Notes: a model not told the origin generated them from the letters alone. DNA of 63,723 bases from a virus (IMGVR_UViG_3300037481_000553:1-63723), one strand, 5' to 3'; positions 30,272-40,664 are shown, counted from the first letter of the stretch. Numbers and translations are program-made.

Positions 30272-30822
30272 GTCTTCTCCTTGAGCGCGAGCATCCGTGC
30301 GCTCTCGCTCATATCCAGAATTACGGTGAGGAGCCGAGCGTTTTCGCTGGCTAGTGAATCCAGTTCGGCACGGCGTTCGGAAATCTCGCCCAATAGAGCC
30401 TGATTCTGGGCGACTGCATCGTGGGCCACCCTGATCCTCCCCCGCACGGCCGCGAACCTGACCGCTTTCGCCAGCGCACACTGTAACGCCACCCCTTTCG
30501 TGATGAAGTCCTGTGCACCCTTCCGCACGGCGGAGTCGCCGAGCGCCGCCTCGTCAGACCCCGTCACGACCACCACCGGGAGGAACGGCGCTTTCGCCAT
30601 GATGGCGTGCAGCGTGGAGAGGCCCGTGCTGTCTGGCAGACCCAGATCCAGCACCACCACGTCGGGCGCGACGACGCCAACCAGGTTGAGTGCCAGCGCC
30701 AGGGTCGGCGCGATATGCACGGCGCGAACCCCGTCCGCGACGAGTGCGGCCACAGCCAGTTCGCAATCGCCGGTATTGTCTTCCACCACCAATACGCGCA
30801 GCGTGCTGTGAGTGCCGGTCAT
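30268..30822 (-). CDS. Response regulator receiver (REC) domain with coiled-coil tail
   Basis: VLVVEDN, VVLDLGLPDSTG (phospho-Asp), VVVTG and GAQDFITK motifs. Confidence 0.9.
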   Translation of the reverse strand: MTGTHSTLRVLVVEDNTGDCELAVAALVADGVRAVHIAPTLALALNLVGVVAPDVVVLDLGLPDSTGLSTLHAIMAKAPFLPVVVVTGSDEAALGDSAVRKGAQDFITKGVALQCALAKAVRFAAVRGRIRVAHDAVAQNQALLGEISERRAELDSLASENARLLTVILDMSESARMLALKEKT

Positions 30823-31202
30823 TTCTTTACCACCAGTGCGAACAAGGCCGCGAGGATTCCGGTCAAAAGCGTGGCGACCGTGCCGTAGACGATGCGCTTG
30901 ATCTGGTCGTGTTCGGTCCTGAGCACCTCCCACTCAGGCCGCTTCACGTAGTCTTCCTTGATGGTCGCGTGCATGTGCTCGAGCGTCATCTCTATTGCGA
31001 CCAGACGAACGAGCAGATCGTCTGGGATGACCGTGTCGAGCCGGGTCAGTTTCGTGGAGATGTCGCCCAACTGCCCCTGCATGGCAAGGAGCGAGTTAGC
31101 GAGCGCGTGGCTGCGAGTCCGCAGACCCAGCAGTTCATTGTCCACCCGTGTCTCGGCGGAATTCACGTGCCCCTCGAACGGTTCCCGTGGGTTTTCGGCC
31201 AT
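30819..31202 (-). CDS. Coiled-coil protein with C-terminal TM (holin/XhlA-like)
   Basis: GGAGG RBS; heptads then YVKR.E and IVYGTVATLLTGILAALFALVVKK; adjacent to endolysin. Confidence 0.65.
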   Translation of the reverse strand: MAENPREPFEGHVNSAETRVDNELLGLRTRSHALANSLLAMQGQLGDISTKLTRLDTVIPDDLLVRLVAIEMTLEHMHATIKEDYVKRPEWEVLRTEHDQIKRIVYGTVATLLTGILAALFALVVKK

Positions 31203-31224
31203 GCCACCTCCCTTGTTCATATTC

Positions 31225-31740
31225 TCACCGCAAGAATTGCAGCACGCGGTTCACCCACCCGTGCCGCCATTTCAGGTTCGTTGTCTCGCACATCGCGTGT
31301 GGCACATCCGACACCATCGCATCGAGGAGGAGATGGAGTCGTGCTTTCACCATCTGGAGTCGAAACGCGGGTGTGGTGCATCTGAGAGCGGCGAGGGTAA
31401 TCGGACCGATGACCCCATCCACCGGAACGCCCAGCACTGACTGCAGCATCCTTGCAGACGTTTCCTGGCCCTGCAGCACGCCCGTGTCCACCACGAACCA
31501 CTGCACCCATGGGTCGTCCAGCATGTCGAATCGCCAGTCTGTGACGTACATCTTCTGGTAGAGCGCTCGTGCTTCCGGCTCCTCCAATGCCTCGACATCC
31601 GCAGCCGTGCACGGGTGTCCTCGATAGGCAGACAACCTCGCAAGCGTGATACCTCCTTTCGTCGGCCCACCGTGGTCGGCTGGGTCGTTGGTGTAACGCG
31701 GCCAGCCTTCACTCAAGAGCACAGCGTCGATGACCGTCAT
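31225..31740 (-). CDS. Endolysin, glycoside hydrolase family 108 with PG-binding tail
   Basis: EG..YTNDPADHGGPTKGGIT, DGVIGPIT and GWVNRV motifs. Confidence 0.88.
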   Translation of the reverse strand: MTVIDAVLLSEGWPRYTNDPADHGGPTKGGITLARLSAYRGHPCTAADVEALEEPEARALYQKMYVTDWRFDMLDDPWVQWFVVDTGVLQGQETSARMLQSVLGVPVDGVIGPITLAALRCTTPAFRLQMVKARLHLLLDAMVSDVPHAMCETTNLKWRHGWVNRVLQFLR

Positions 31741-31837
31741 ATCGGGAACCTCTCCAAGAACCACGAAAGCGGATGAACAGCCAGTGGCTACCGGTCCTCG
31801 AGAAGCTTAAGGACATCCGCAACAGCCACGGCATTCC

Positions 31838-33277
31838 TTACGTGATCGTTTCCTGGGTTAGCACACCGCTTGAGAGCTTCAGCGCACCGGTGATCGCGCC
31901 GTCGAATTCCCTGAAGTAGACATCAGCCGACACCCGGCCGCTATCGCGGAAATCCGGGTTGCCCGAAGACGTCGTAAACGTGCCGATCAACGTGAACGTG
32001 GTGCAATTGTCATTCGTGTAGTAGAAGAGCACATCGCTGCCCGACCGGATTTGCCACAAGAGTTCTTGCCCACGCGCCCAGATAATCTGCTTCGAGACTT
32101 GGTCAGTGTCGATGACGCGGATGCCCGTCGACAAGTTGAACGCACGAAACTCGATATACGAATGGACGTACGGTGGTGTGAAATCCCTCCACGTATGTGT
32201 CCACACGAAGAAGACGTCGGTGCTCGTGGCGTACATGCTGGTGATGCCGTAGTAGTCATACATATTGGTCCGTGTATTGACCCACGACAGACCCCACGGT
32301 TGAATGCCACTTGATTCTTCTAAGAGTAAGTGTCGTGTCCAATTCGTCCCACTGGCTGACGCATGCAGCAGTTCGTCGTACCAAACATCCCAGGTCGCTT
32401 CCTGGTGGTACGTCTTCATGTGGTGCACGTAGACGAACACGCCTTGCTCGCTGACCGTCATCCCGTAAATCGGCTTAGACGACATTGGTGTTGCGTCGAT
32501 GTAGCCTGCTTCAAGGGTGTAGTTCCACGGGTTAGCTAAACGCGCATCGTACATCGGTTCGCAGAACTGTATGGGCGTGTTCGTCCCATTCGACACCTTG
32601 TAGACGCGATACACCAGGGTCGTATTACCGGCCGGCCATGTGGATATTTGCTCCAATCCGTACGTCATCCAGTAGGTGTTGTTTGCGTCTGCGCCGGCCG
32701 CTTGCAGACCCCAGTATACCGGATTCAGAGACAGTGCGTAACTCGGAAGAGTGAAGGCGTATTCGTCTACCGTACCGTCGTAAGACGTGCGCCACACGTC
32801 ACCCGTCGAGCTGTAGCCATCGACACCATACACCCGATAGTAGATATATCCACCGGACGCAGTGTGCTGGAATGACGGACTTCGTGAGATGGGTTTCCAC
32901 GTCAGCGCACCTGCATCAACCGTGAGCCAAGATCGTGTCCAGTCTGGGCTGAAGGCGCTGTATGCCGCGAGGAGATACCCAAGGGTGGCGTCAGGAACGT
33001 AGTTGATGCCAGCTTGTTTTCCGTCCTGGTTCTTCGCGGTGATAGTGCTTTCACCCGTCTTTCCCGCAGGAGGCTTCGCATGCACTCTCTGCACGGTAGC
33101 CTTCTCGTCCGACGGTGTCTTCGCTTCCGGCTTCGGGTCGGGTTGCGGCTCGCTGGGTTTCGCGCGCAGCGTCTGTGGCAACCGCAAGCGACGCCCATCA
33201 CGCGCCACGACGGTGATGTCGCTGGTCGCACTCTTCCCGCTGGGGAACTTGGCTCTGACTTTCTGCGTACGTGCCAT
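31838..33277 (-). CDS. Tail-tip / receptor-binding protein; N-terminus resembles the second half of an IPT domain
   Basis: Last tail gene; aromatic- and beta-rich, visibly lower-GC C-terminal region. Confidence 0.6.
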   Translation of the reverse strand: MARTQKVRAKFPSGKSATSDITVVARDGRRLRLPQTLRAKPSEPQPDPKPEAKTPSDEKATVQRVHAKPPAGKTGESTITAKNQDGKQAGINYVPDATLGYLLAAYSAFSPDWTRSWLTVDAGALTWKPISRSPSFQHTASGGYIYYRVYGVDGYSSTGDVWRTSYDGTVDEYAFTLPSYALSLNPVYWGLQAAGADANNTYWMTYGLEQISTWPAGNTTLVYRVYKVSNGTNTPIQFCEPMYDARLANPWNYTLEAGYIDATPMSSKPIYGMTVSEQGVFVYVHHMKTYHQEATWDVWYDELLHASASGTNWTRHLLLEESSGIQPWGLSWVNTRTNMYDYYGITSMYATSTDVFFVWTHTWRDFTPPYVHSYIEFRAFNLSTGIRVIDTDQVSKQIIWARGQELLWQIRSGSDVLFYYTNDNCTTFTLIGTFTTSSGNPDFRDSGRVSADVYFREFDGAITGALKLSSGVLTQETIT

Positions 33278-36200
33278 TAGTCCACCACCACGTCGTCCGC
33301 TTCGGCACCGTCAAAGAACACCTTGATGCCCTTTGAGAATCCCGTGCCGGTCAATTCCAGATAGTTCGGGTACAAGATGCTTGGCTTGACCGAGTAGATC
33401 TGTGGGAGAACAGGCACATGAGTCACGACTTTCGGTTCTGGTTTCGTCAGTGCCATCAACAGATCAACCAGATCCATGCGCATCGACGACGCGGTCACCG
33501 TATACCGAGGTGTGAGCTGGTCGGACTCGTCGTGGATCTGATCGATCGTCACGTCCTGGATGATAAAGTCGCCAACGCACGGAGGCGAGGTCATGTTGAC
33601 GTGCACCGTTTTGCCGGCCACCGTCTTCTTGTCGCGCGTCGCGTATCGGATGGTGATGATGGGCCACGCGTACATCTCCGCTTCGGCGAGCGCCCGCGCT
33701 TGCATTTGCTCGTTCGTCACCAGGGAGTTGTCGACGATGGTGTATTCGTAGATCCCGTCGGTGTCCGGTTCCACCGTCATCATGTACGCTTGTGACTCCG
33801 CGTCATCGTACTGGAAGAAGCGACTGAGCGCCGATCCCGCGGCCACGGTGAACTCCGGGCAGTCGAGGATGACGTCTCGGCCCACAACCAAATCGGGCAC
33901 AACAGAACGACCTGATGGGAGCGCGGGGTAGACCCCTTTGCAATTCCACGTGGTTACCTTCAGCGACTTCGCATCGGTCATCCGCACGACACCGCCCGTT
34001 GACGGGAGGAATGACCCATCGGCCAACTGCAAGTAATGTGCGTCAAAGTCGGTGCCCGTCTGCGGCTGGCTCCAGCGCGCCTTCGGGTCTGGGAGACTGC
34101 CCGGAGGCGGACCCGTGCGCGGCGTCGTGAGGGTCTTGCCTTTGGTCGGATTACCATCCGGACAGTCGACCGCAACTGTGGTCGATGCGCCGACGATGAA
34201 GATGCGATTGCGCAGCTGCGACACGTCGCGCGTCACCGTGAACGGCTGACTACCTGAATCCGCGTGCAACAGGTCGGGATTCGTGTCGACGAGATCACCC
34301 ACCGCGTCCAGATTCTCCAGGTCCACGACGACGGGTGGGGTGATTTGAAGATAGGGATAGTTCCCGATGCCGATGGTCGGGACCGGCCACGTCGTCTCGA
34401 GCGTCTGTGTCGTGTTACCAGGCACCACGAGCAATCCAGCCATGATGCTGGCTGGCGTCCAATTCGGCTCCGCGTAGAGCGTGGCTTCGGTGCCGACGAC
34501 CGCACCGATACTCATGAACACCAACCGCGCGAGCACGTCCAGCGAACCAACCGTTGGACCTGGTGTGATGCCCGTGAACGAGAACCCCGAGATCGACAGG
34601 TCTGAATTCGACGCGGTGCCGACGCTCGTGGTCGCCGGCGAAGACCACGAGTACGTACCATCTCGGTAGAGATACGCGGTCCGGAAATTCACCCACGCGC
34701 GGCCGATCCCGTTGCTGGAGAGCACAGCCGCAACGGTCGGAGCCACGAGAGGAGCGGGGTACGGCCCGGCGAATGCGACATACGGGAGCGGATTCGCGGT
34801 AGCGATCGGCACGGCCAGCGCATCGCCGGATCCCGCTTGACCGAAGAGCGTCGTGAACTCCGTGGTCGTATTGTCATTGACCTGGCAGAACTTGTTCGCG
34901 TGTGCAAGCGATGCGCCCGTGTCACCCAACCACGAGTAGTAGATGCGACGCGCGGTGCAGGCGATCACACCAGCGTCAGAGCCAAGAATCAAGTGCCCCC
35001 ACGGAATCGTCCCTTCGCCAAACCAGCTACAGTCGGGATCTGCGGTATTCGCTGAAACGACAATCGCATCACCAGCGACACCCGGAACCAGCGCTTTGCA
35101 TAGCCGCGTCTCGAGATCCCACGACCAGAGGAACGCATCTGGATTCGCTGTCGTCGAATCAGCGTAGTCCACACCAGGCACACCGACCACGGTGTCGCGC
35201 TGCGTGGCGAACATCAACTTGTCAAGTGTCTCGTTGCCATTCGCGCCGATCTTCACATGGCCCGGGACGTCGGTTAAGATGTCCTGGAACACGTAGGTGA
35301 TGCTGCCGATGGTAACGGTATCGCCGTCCTTGAAATTCGTCCCGGAGTCCGGTGTGCCACCACCCTTCTGTAGAAAACTGTACGACGCGGTCGCCGCGAA
35401 CGGACGGTCTGTCCCGAGCGGTACGTTCGTGAAGTAGAACTGACCGTTGCCATCACCCTGAACTACATCTGCGCACGACTGGAGTGCAGACTCCGCGCCA
35501 TCGGCCCAGACGAACGTGTGGCGGAACAGGTAGTAGCCGGCTGGATACGTGAAGCCGGGATAGGTCTGCACAGCCGCGACCGTCATGTACGCGGTCAGCG
35601 GTTGCGGTACCGAGGGAGTGGGCGACGGGGTCGTCAGCGGCGTCGCCGGCTTCTTCACCGCCGACGTTGACGTGAACACGTGCACATCTTTGACGTAGTC
35701 TACCTTCCACTTCGCGCGAGCGTGCGCGCAGACCTCGCTCAAGCACGTCGTGAAATCCTGGGTCCCGTCGAACGACACCGTGACCGGATCCAGTCCCAGC
35801 TGCACATGCGACGTGGTGAACCCAGGCGCGAACCGCGCGACCAGATCGATCACGACTTCGCTGGCGCTCACGTTGTTGTATGTGGCGACCGGCCGCTTGC
35901 GGTTCAACTTCGGAGTGTAATCGACCGCGTCTATCTGGTACGCGAGTTGATCGGTCTGCCCTTCGTAGGCTTCGCTGACGGTCTGGGCGAAGCCGGCGAA
36001 CAGGAGCCGGTTACTGTCCTGACCGTCCACGATCTGCACGACCTCGCCTTCAGTCGGGAGGTTGCTCTGCCCATCAATGACAAACGTTGCCGTGTTGGGC
36101 GAATTGCCCAGCGTCTCGCGGATGCTGACGCCCGGCGAACGTCTGATGTCTCCGCCTCGCCCGAGTGTCGTCCACTTGAAACCGTTGCGGACCGTCGTGA

Positions 36201-36750
36201 TCCGACCCGCAGGATCGGTGATGATAATATCGCCGACCCCCATGGCGTGCGCGGGCGTCACGAACGAGTAGTGCTCCGCGTCCACGAACACCACATTCTG
36301 CGCGAACCCACCACCCACCAGGATGACGGAACCGTCCACGAAGTTCCGACCCGCAAGGAGCACACGGGTGGATCCCATGGTGGTGCCGAAGCTTGGAGAG
36401 ACGCTCAGCACCACCGTCTCGTAGTACGTGAATGCGTTGCTCAACGTGTCGATCTGCGATCCGCACCGCACGCTGACGGCCACTACACCCGTCGTTCCAT
36501 ACGCCGGCGTATTGCAGGTGATCGTCTGCCGATCCACGACCACGACGCTCGTGGCTTGGACCGTGCCGAAACGAACGATCGGCGGAGTCCCGCTCCCGTC
36601 GCCGCGGAAGTTCAACCCAGTGATGGTGACCGCGTCCCCACCGCTCGTGAATCCCGTCGTGACGTCCAAAGCGAGCACGACGGGTGTCGTGTCGTCAGCA
36701 GCACCGGCCGCTCGACGCAGTCGCCACGGACCGAACATTCGTTTCAGCAT
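33277..36750 (-). CDS. Large tail protein (hub/central fibre) with IPT/TIG domains
   Basis: Two N-terminal IPT repeats (VTITGLNF, VLLAGRNF), hub-like LFAG...AVDY...WKVDY, RNRIFIVG, and a truncated IPT at the C-terminus. Confidence 0.8.
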   Translation of the reverse strand: MLKRMFGPWRLRRAAGAADDTTPVVLALDVTTGFTSGGDAVTITGLNFRGDGSGTPPIVRFGTVQATSVVVVDRQTITCNTPAYGTTGVVAVSVRCGSQIDTLSNAFTYYETVVLSVSPSFGTTMGSTRVLLAGRNFVDGSVILVGGGFAQNVVFVDAEHYSFVTPAHAMGVGDIIITDPAGRITTVRNGFKWTTLGRGGDIRRSPGVSIRETLGNSPNTATFVIDGQSNLPTEGEVVQIVDGQDSNRLLFAGFAQTVSEAYEGQTDQLAYQIDAVDYTPKLNRKRPVATYNNVSASEVVIDLVARFAPGFTTSHVQLGLDPVTVSFDGTQDFTTCLSEVCAHARAKWKVDYVKDVHVFTSTSAVKKPATPLTTPSPTPSVPQPLTAYMTVAAVQTYPGFTYPAGYYLFRHTFVWADGAESALQSCADVVQGDGNGQFYFTNVPLGTDRPFAATASYSFLQKGGGTPDSGTNFKDGDTVTIGSITYVFQDILTDVPGHVKIGANGNETLDKLMFATQRDTVVGVPGVDYADSTTANPDAFLWSWDLETRLCKALVPGVAGDAIVVSANTADPDCSWFGEGTIPWGHLILGSDAGVIACTARRIYYSWLGDTGASLAHANKFCQVNDNTTTEFTTLFGQAGSGDALAVPIATANPLPYVAFAGPYPAPLVAPTVAAVLSSNGIGRAWVNFRTAYLYRDGTYSWSSPATTSVGTASNSDLSISGFSFTGITPGPTVGSLDVLARLVFMSIGAVVGTEATLYAEPNWTPASIMAGLLVVPGNTTQTLETTWPVPTIGIGNYPYLQITPPVVVDLENLDAVGDLVDTNPDLLHADSGSQPFTVTRDVSQLRNRIFIVGASTTVAVDCPDGNPTKGKTLTTPRTGPPPGSLPDPKARWSQPQTGTDFDAHYLQLADGSFLPSTGGVVRMTDAKSLKVTTWNCKGVYPALPSGRSVVPDLVVGRDVILDCPEFTVAAGSALSRFFQYDDAESQAYMMTVEPDTDGIYEYTIVDNSLVTNEQMQARALAEAEMYAWPIITIRYATRDKKTVAGKTVHVNMTSPPCVGDFIIQDVTIDQIHDESDQLTPRYTVTASSMRMDLVDLLMALTKPEPKVVTHVPVLPQIYSVKPSILYPNYLELTGTGFSKGIKVFFDGAEADDVVVD

Positions 36751-36757
36751 GGTGAAC

Positions 36758-37315
36758 CTAGTTGAGCAACGACAGCGAGTACTGCTGACAGGTCAGTGAA
36801 CCGGTCGCCGCAGTCTGGGTGAAGTAGACATCGACGACGTTGGACACGGTGGAGTCGAACGTCGCACCGACCGCAGGCGCATCGTTCCACGGCAGCATGG
36901 CCACAAGCGTCCCCTTGGGTGCGGTAGCCGGCACGCCGAGGATGTCTTCGCAGATGAAAATCCCGTGCCCCATCAGTGCTGCGGTCGTCCCGATGGTCCG
37001 GCACGACAGCATAATCTCGAGCCACCAGCCGACATCCGTGTGCGCGGCCACGGAGTCGAGCAGGATGGCGAGGCTGTCGAAGACCACGTCCGTGCCGAAG
37101 CGCACGTCGAAGCGCGCCGTGCCCGGCGTGGTGATGAGCGAGGAGATTTTCCCGGACGCGCGGACCATCATCTGCCGACCGAGCGCCCACCAATTCGGTG
37201 GCAGGGTGAACTTCGACGCCGCGGGAATCATGGACGCTGCGGCTGCGGCCGTCAACGCTGCGCCATCCACCTGCGAGGTGATGACGACTTCTTCGAACGT
37301 CTGTCCATTGAGCAT
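36758..37315 (-). CDS. Tail protein downstream of tape measure
   Basis: Position; beta-rich; AGGAG RBS. Confidence 0.6.
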   Translation of the reverse strand: MLNGQTFEEVVITSQVDGAALTAAAAASMIPAASKFTLPPNWWALGRQMMVRASGKISSLITTPGTARFDVRFGTDVVFDSLAILLDSVAAHTDVGWWLEIMLSCRTIGTTAALMGHGIFICEDILGVPATAPKGTLVAMLPWNDAPAVGATFDSTVSNVVDVYFTQTAATGSLTCQQYSLSLLN

Positions 37316-37326
37316 GGGTGCCTCTC

Positions 37327-39939
37327 CTATGAGCCGAAGCTGAATTGACGAACTGACGCGAGTTTGCGCATGATCTCGGCGCTGATCTGGCGCGCGACAT
37401 CAGCTGCGGTCCCGTTGACATAGTTGTGAACGACGATGCTGCTCCCGCCACCGATGCCCGGTGCCCCATCAGGACCACCCAACGGCACGATGGCTTCCTT
37501 GCCGTGCAGCATGACCAGCGTGCCCGCTCCGAAGTCGCCGATCCCACCTTCCTGGAAGCCAGGGATGCGCGGTCCTTGCGGGGGTGGGAGCATGCCCGTG
37601 TTGATCAACTTCTCCAGACCCTTCGCGATGTTCCTCGAACCGACGAGGAACCGCATCTCATCACGATCTTCGACCGCGCGATATCCGATGATCTCGCCGT
37701 ACGAGTACCCCATCATCGCCATCGCCTCGGCGAATTCCATGGAAACGCCCGCGTGCGCCGCTTGCATGGATGCTTGAAACGTGTCTTTCGTGACGGCCCA
37801 CGACCCCCCGAATGTGCTCGCGTTCGCGGCTTGTGAATTCGCCACGGTCGATTCGTAGAGCGACGACATCTGCCCGGCCAGACCCTGCACCGCGGCCGTC
37901 ATCGTGTTGACATGTCCCGTGTCAGCCTGGATCTGGTCGCCTACTTTCCCCCACTGCGAACGCTGATCCTCCAGCGCCATCCAGATTTCATACTGCTGAT
38001 CCTGGGTCGCGTCGGTGTAATCGCGCCCATGCCGTAGCATGAACTGGTACATGTCACGCGCTTCGGCGATCCGCTGCTCCAATGCGGCCAGCGTCCGGTC
38101 GTCCGCGAGCAACCTGGCCTGCTCGTCCAGTTTGATATTTTCATCGCGCAGCTGCGCGAGTTGGTCGTAGTAGTCCTGGTCGACGATATGCTTCTTGCGC
38201 GCGGCTTCGACCGCGTGCTGGTAGTCGGCGTCCGCGGCGATGCGCGACTTCTCGGTATCGGTCGCGTAGAGCATGGCTTTCTGCGCGCCGTACTGAATCC
38301 ACATCTGCGCGAGCACGTTGGCCGCTTCCTCTTCGATCTTCATCGCCTTGATCTCTTCCTGGCGCTCCTTGTTCACCGCGGACATCTGCGAGGCGGTCAC
38401 CCCGTAGGCCGTGGCCAGCGTGCTCTGCGAGACGCCCGCGTCCAGATACCGTTTGATCGTAGCGACCATCTCCGGGTCCATCTTCGCGACCGTCTCTCGG
38501 TAGTCCTCCGTGACCGACGCCAGCTCCTTCTGTGCAGCCGCGAGCGCTTTGGCTTCTTCCTTGGTCTTCTCCATCGTATACGAAGCCTTCTTCTGCGCCT
38601 CGGCCTGTCCGTCGGCCGCACGCGCGCCCGCTTCGGTCGCCGCGGTCGCTTCCTTCTGCGCCTCCGTGTGCGCGCCCGCGGACTTCTGCGCGTCCACCAT
38701 CTTCGAGCGCACGCCTTCGAGCGCCTCCTTGAATTTCCCAGTGGCCACGGCCCACTCGTCCGCCTTCTTCATGTTGACGTCCGCGGCATCGGCCCACCTC
38801 ACGACCTCGCCTTCGACCAACTTGATGTGCGCAGCCATCTCCTGGACGCCAAACGCCGCTCCAGGGAGCATCAGCGCTTCGCCGACTTCGTACGCCGCTT
38901 TCGCAATCTTCGCCAGACCCAGCTCGGTGTCGTAGATCCCGAGCATCAAGGTATCGAACCCTTCCTTCCCCTTGTAGAACACGAACCCCAGCACGCCAGC
39001 GACATCCGCCGCCACTTCGCCGACGCTCATCAGACCGATGGCCACGTCTTCCACGAGCTTGACCATCGTCTCAACCGCATCCGTCTGACTCCCGCCAAAC
39101 GCCGCACGGAACGACTCACCGAAGTGGTCGACCATCGCCGCGAGCACTGGCGATCGTTCCAGACCCACCGAGACTTTCTCCCAGAACTCGTCCCAGATGA
39201 TCTTGGCCTGCTGCACCTTGTCACCGAAACGAACCGTCGTCTCACCGATGCGTTCTGTGGACGCGGCGACCTTCTCCAAAATCGCCGATCGGGTCGACTC
39301 CAGCTTCCCTTCGGTGGTCAGAAGATCCGTGGTCACCCCGAGTTTCTTCGCGAAGTCTTCCTCGGCACGTGCGAGGTCGATCTTCCCGGTCAACATGGCA
39401 ATCCCGCGCGTCCGGCCCGTGACCATCGCGTCGCTGAGACGATCCAACGCTGACGTCGTGTCGATGCCCATGGCCTTGCCGAGCGCCCACGCACCTTTCG
39501 CCAGCGTCTCCATTTGATCGACGCTCAACGCCAACCCCGCGGCCATGTTCTCGTTCGCACGCTTCATGACATCCGTGTCATCGATGGTCCCTTTCATCGC
39601 CGCTTGGACCTTCGTGACGAGCGTGTCGCCCACGATGCCGGCCGCGTCCGACATCCGCTTGAACGAATCTTCGATGTCGAGCACCTTCCCGCCTTCGACC
39701 ATCATGTCGAAGACATCTTTCAACCCGTCCATCGCCATGCGCCCGGCTTGCTTCAGCGCATCGAGCGCGAGTTCACCCTTGAAGACGCCCGCGGCCAGAC
39801 TCTCGGCACCCTCACCCGTTTTCTTCTGCTGCTCGTCGAACTTCTCCAACGCCTTCTCGGTCAGCGTCAGGATGTTCGACATCCGGTCTTCGAGTTCGAT
39901 GCGACCGGAAAGTGTTCCGATGTCGAGAGTCTCGGCCAT
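37327..39939 (-). CDS. Tape measure protein
   Basis: 870 aa helical Ala-rich protein after the TAC genes; C-terminal FQEGG...VMLHGKEAIVPL. Confidence 0.9.
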   Translation of the reverse strand: MAETLDIGTLSGRIELEDRMSNILTLTEKALEKFDEQQKKTGEGAESLAAGVFKGELALDALKQAGRMAMDGLKDVFDMMVEGGKVLDIEDSFKRMSDAAGIVGDTLVTKVQAAMKGTIDDTDVMKRANENMAAGLALSVDQMETLAKGAWALGKAMGIDTTSALDRLSDAMVTGRTRGIAMLTGKIDLARAEEDFAKKLGVTTDLLTTEGKLESTRSAILEKVAASTERIGETTVRFGDKVQQAKIIWDEFWEKVSVGLERSPVLAAMVDHFGESFRAAFGGSQTDAVETMVKLVEDVAIGLMSVGEVAADVAGVLGFVFYKGKEGFDTLMLGIYDTELGLAKIAKAAYEVGEALMLPGAAFGVQEMAAHIKLVEGEVVRWADAADVNMKKADEWAVATGKFKEALEGVRSKMVDAQKSAGAHTEAQKEATAATEAGARAADGQAEAQKKASYTMEKTKEEAKALAAAQKELASVTEDYRETVAKMDPEMVATIKRYLDAGVSQSTLATAYGVTASQMSAVNKERQEEIKAMKIEEEAANVLAQMWIQYGAQKAMLYATDTEKSRIAADADYQHAVEAARKKHIVDQDYYDQLAQLRDENIKLDEQARLLADDRTLAALEQRIAEARDMYQFMLRHGRDYTDATQDQQYEIWMALEDQRSQWGKVGDQIQADTGHVNTMTAAVQGLAGQMSSLYESTVANSQAANASTFGGSWAVTKDTFQASMQAAHAGVSMEFAEAMAMMGYSYGEIIGYRAVEDRDEMRFLVGSRNIAKGLEKLINTGMLPPPQGPRIPGFQEGGIGDFGAGTLVMLHGKEAIVPLGGPDGAPGIGGGSSIVVHNYVNGTAADVARQISAEIMRKLASVRQFSFGS

Positions 39940-39942
39940 GAG

Positions 39943-40314
39943 TTACCGCCTTTTCTTCGACTGCGACTGCAGTGCCATCATCTGGGCAATCATGCGCATC
40001 TCCTGCCATGTCTTGCCGGTCGACTCGGGTTCCGCAACCGCTCGTGGTTCGAAGTCCAACATGAAGTCTTTCACCTGAAACCGTTTCTCGCTCCTCATCT
40101 GAATCGCGGTCATGTTGGCAATCGTCGCGCAGATGGATGCCGCTTGCCAATCGCGCCGAAGATCTCCAAACGGCTCCATCTTCTCGTACGCCATCCACTC
40201 CATCAACTGCGCCCACGAGATGGAGCGCAGCATCGCATCGACGTTTACTCGGCCGGTGGCGCAGGCGAGGCGATAGGCGAAGCGCCAGACGGCACTTCGC
40301 TCTGGTCGTTTTTT
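39943..40314 (-). CDS. Tail assembly chaperone, frameshifted (gpGT-like) extension
   Basis: The -1 frame from the slippery site reads KRPERSAVWRFAYRLACATGRVNVDAMLRSISWAQLMEWMAY, in frame with ORF 39943..40233. Confidence 0.8.
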   Translation of the reverse strand, partial: KKRPERSAVWRFAYRLACATGRVNVDAMLRSISWAQLMEWMAYEKMEPFGDLRRDWQAASICATIANMTAIQMRSEKRFQVKDFMLDFEPRAVAEPESTGKTWQEMRMIAQMMALQSQSKKRR

Positions 40315-40664
40315 ACCAGCGCTCCTTTGCCCACCTTCGCGCGCAATCCATTCAGCACCAAGCAGGCTGCGGACAGCCGGCCGTTCTCGAACGAATCGTG
40401 CTTCGCGATCGCCTGCACTGCCGCTTCACGCTCCTCCTCTGGGATGCGCGAGCCGTCCGGATTGACGATGCTCTTGACGACGAGGCGTAACCCGGCGAAT
40501 CGCTTCTTCACCGGATCGTCGTTCTCGTCGAACCATTCCAAGATGTCAGCCGACGACACCGACCCGAGCTTCAGGATTCCACGACTGGTCTCCACCTCGT
40601 CGAACCGAGTGTCCGGCGTCTCGAGGTACTCCGCGAACGACAACTGTTTCTTCTCGTTACTCAT
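40245..40664 (-). CDS. Tail assembly chaperone (gpG-like)
   Basis: AAGGAAGG RBS; upstream of TMP with slippery site near its end. Confidence 0.8.
   Translation of the reverse strand: MSNEKKQLSFAEYLETPDTRFDEVETSRGILKLGSVSSADILEWFDENDDPVKKRFAGLRLVVKSIVNPDGSRIPEEEREAAVQAIAKHDSFENGRLSAACLVLNGLRAKVGKGALVKNDQSEVPSGASPIASPAPPAE
40308..40314 (-). other. -1 programmed ribosomal frameshift heptamer A AAA AAC
   Basis: GTA AAA AAC in the TAC frame fits X XXY YYZ and joins the two chaperone ORFs. Confidence 0.8.
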
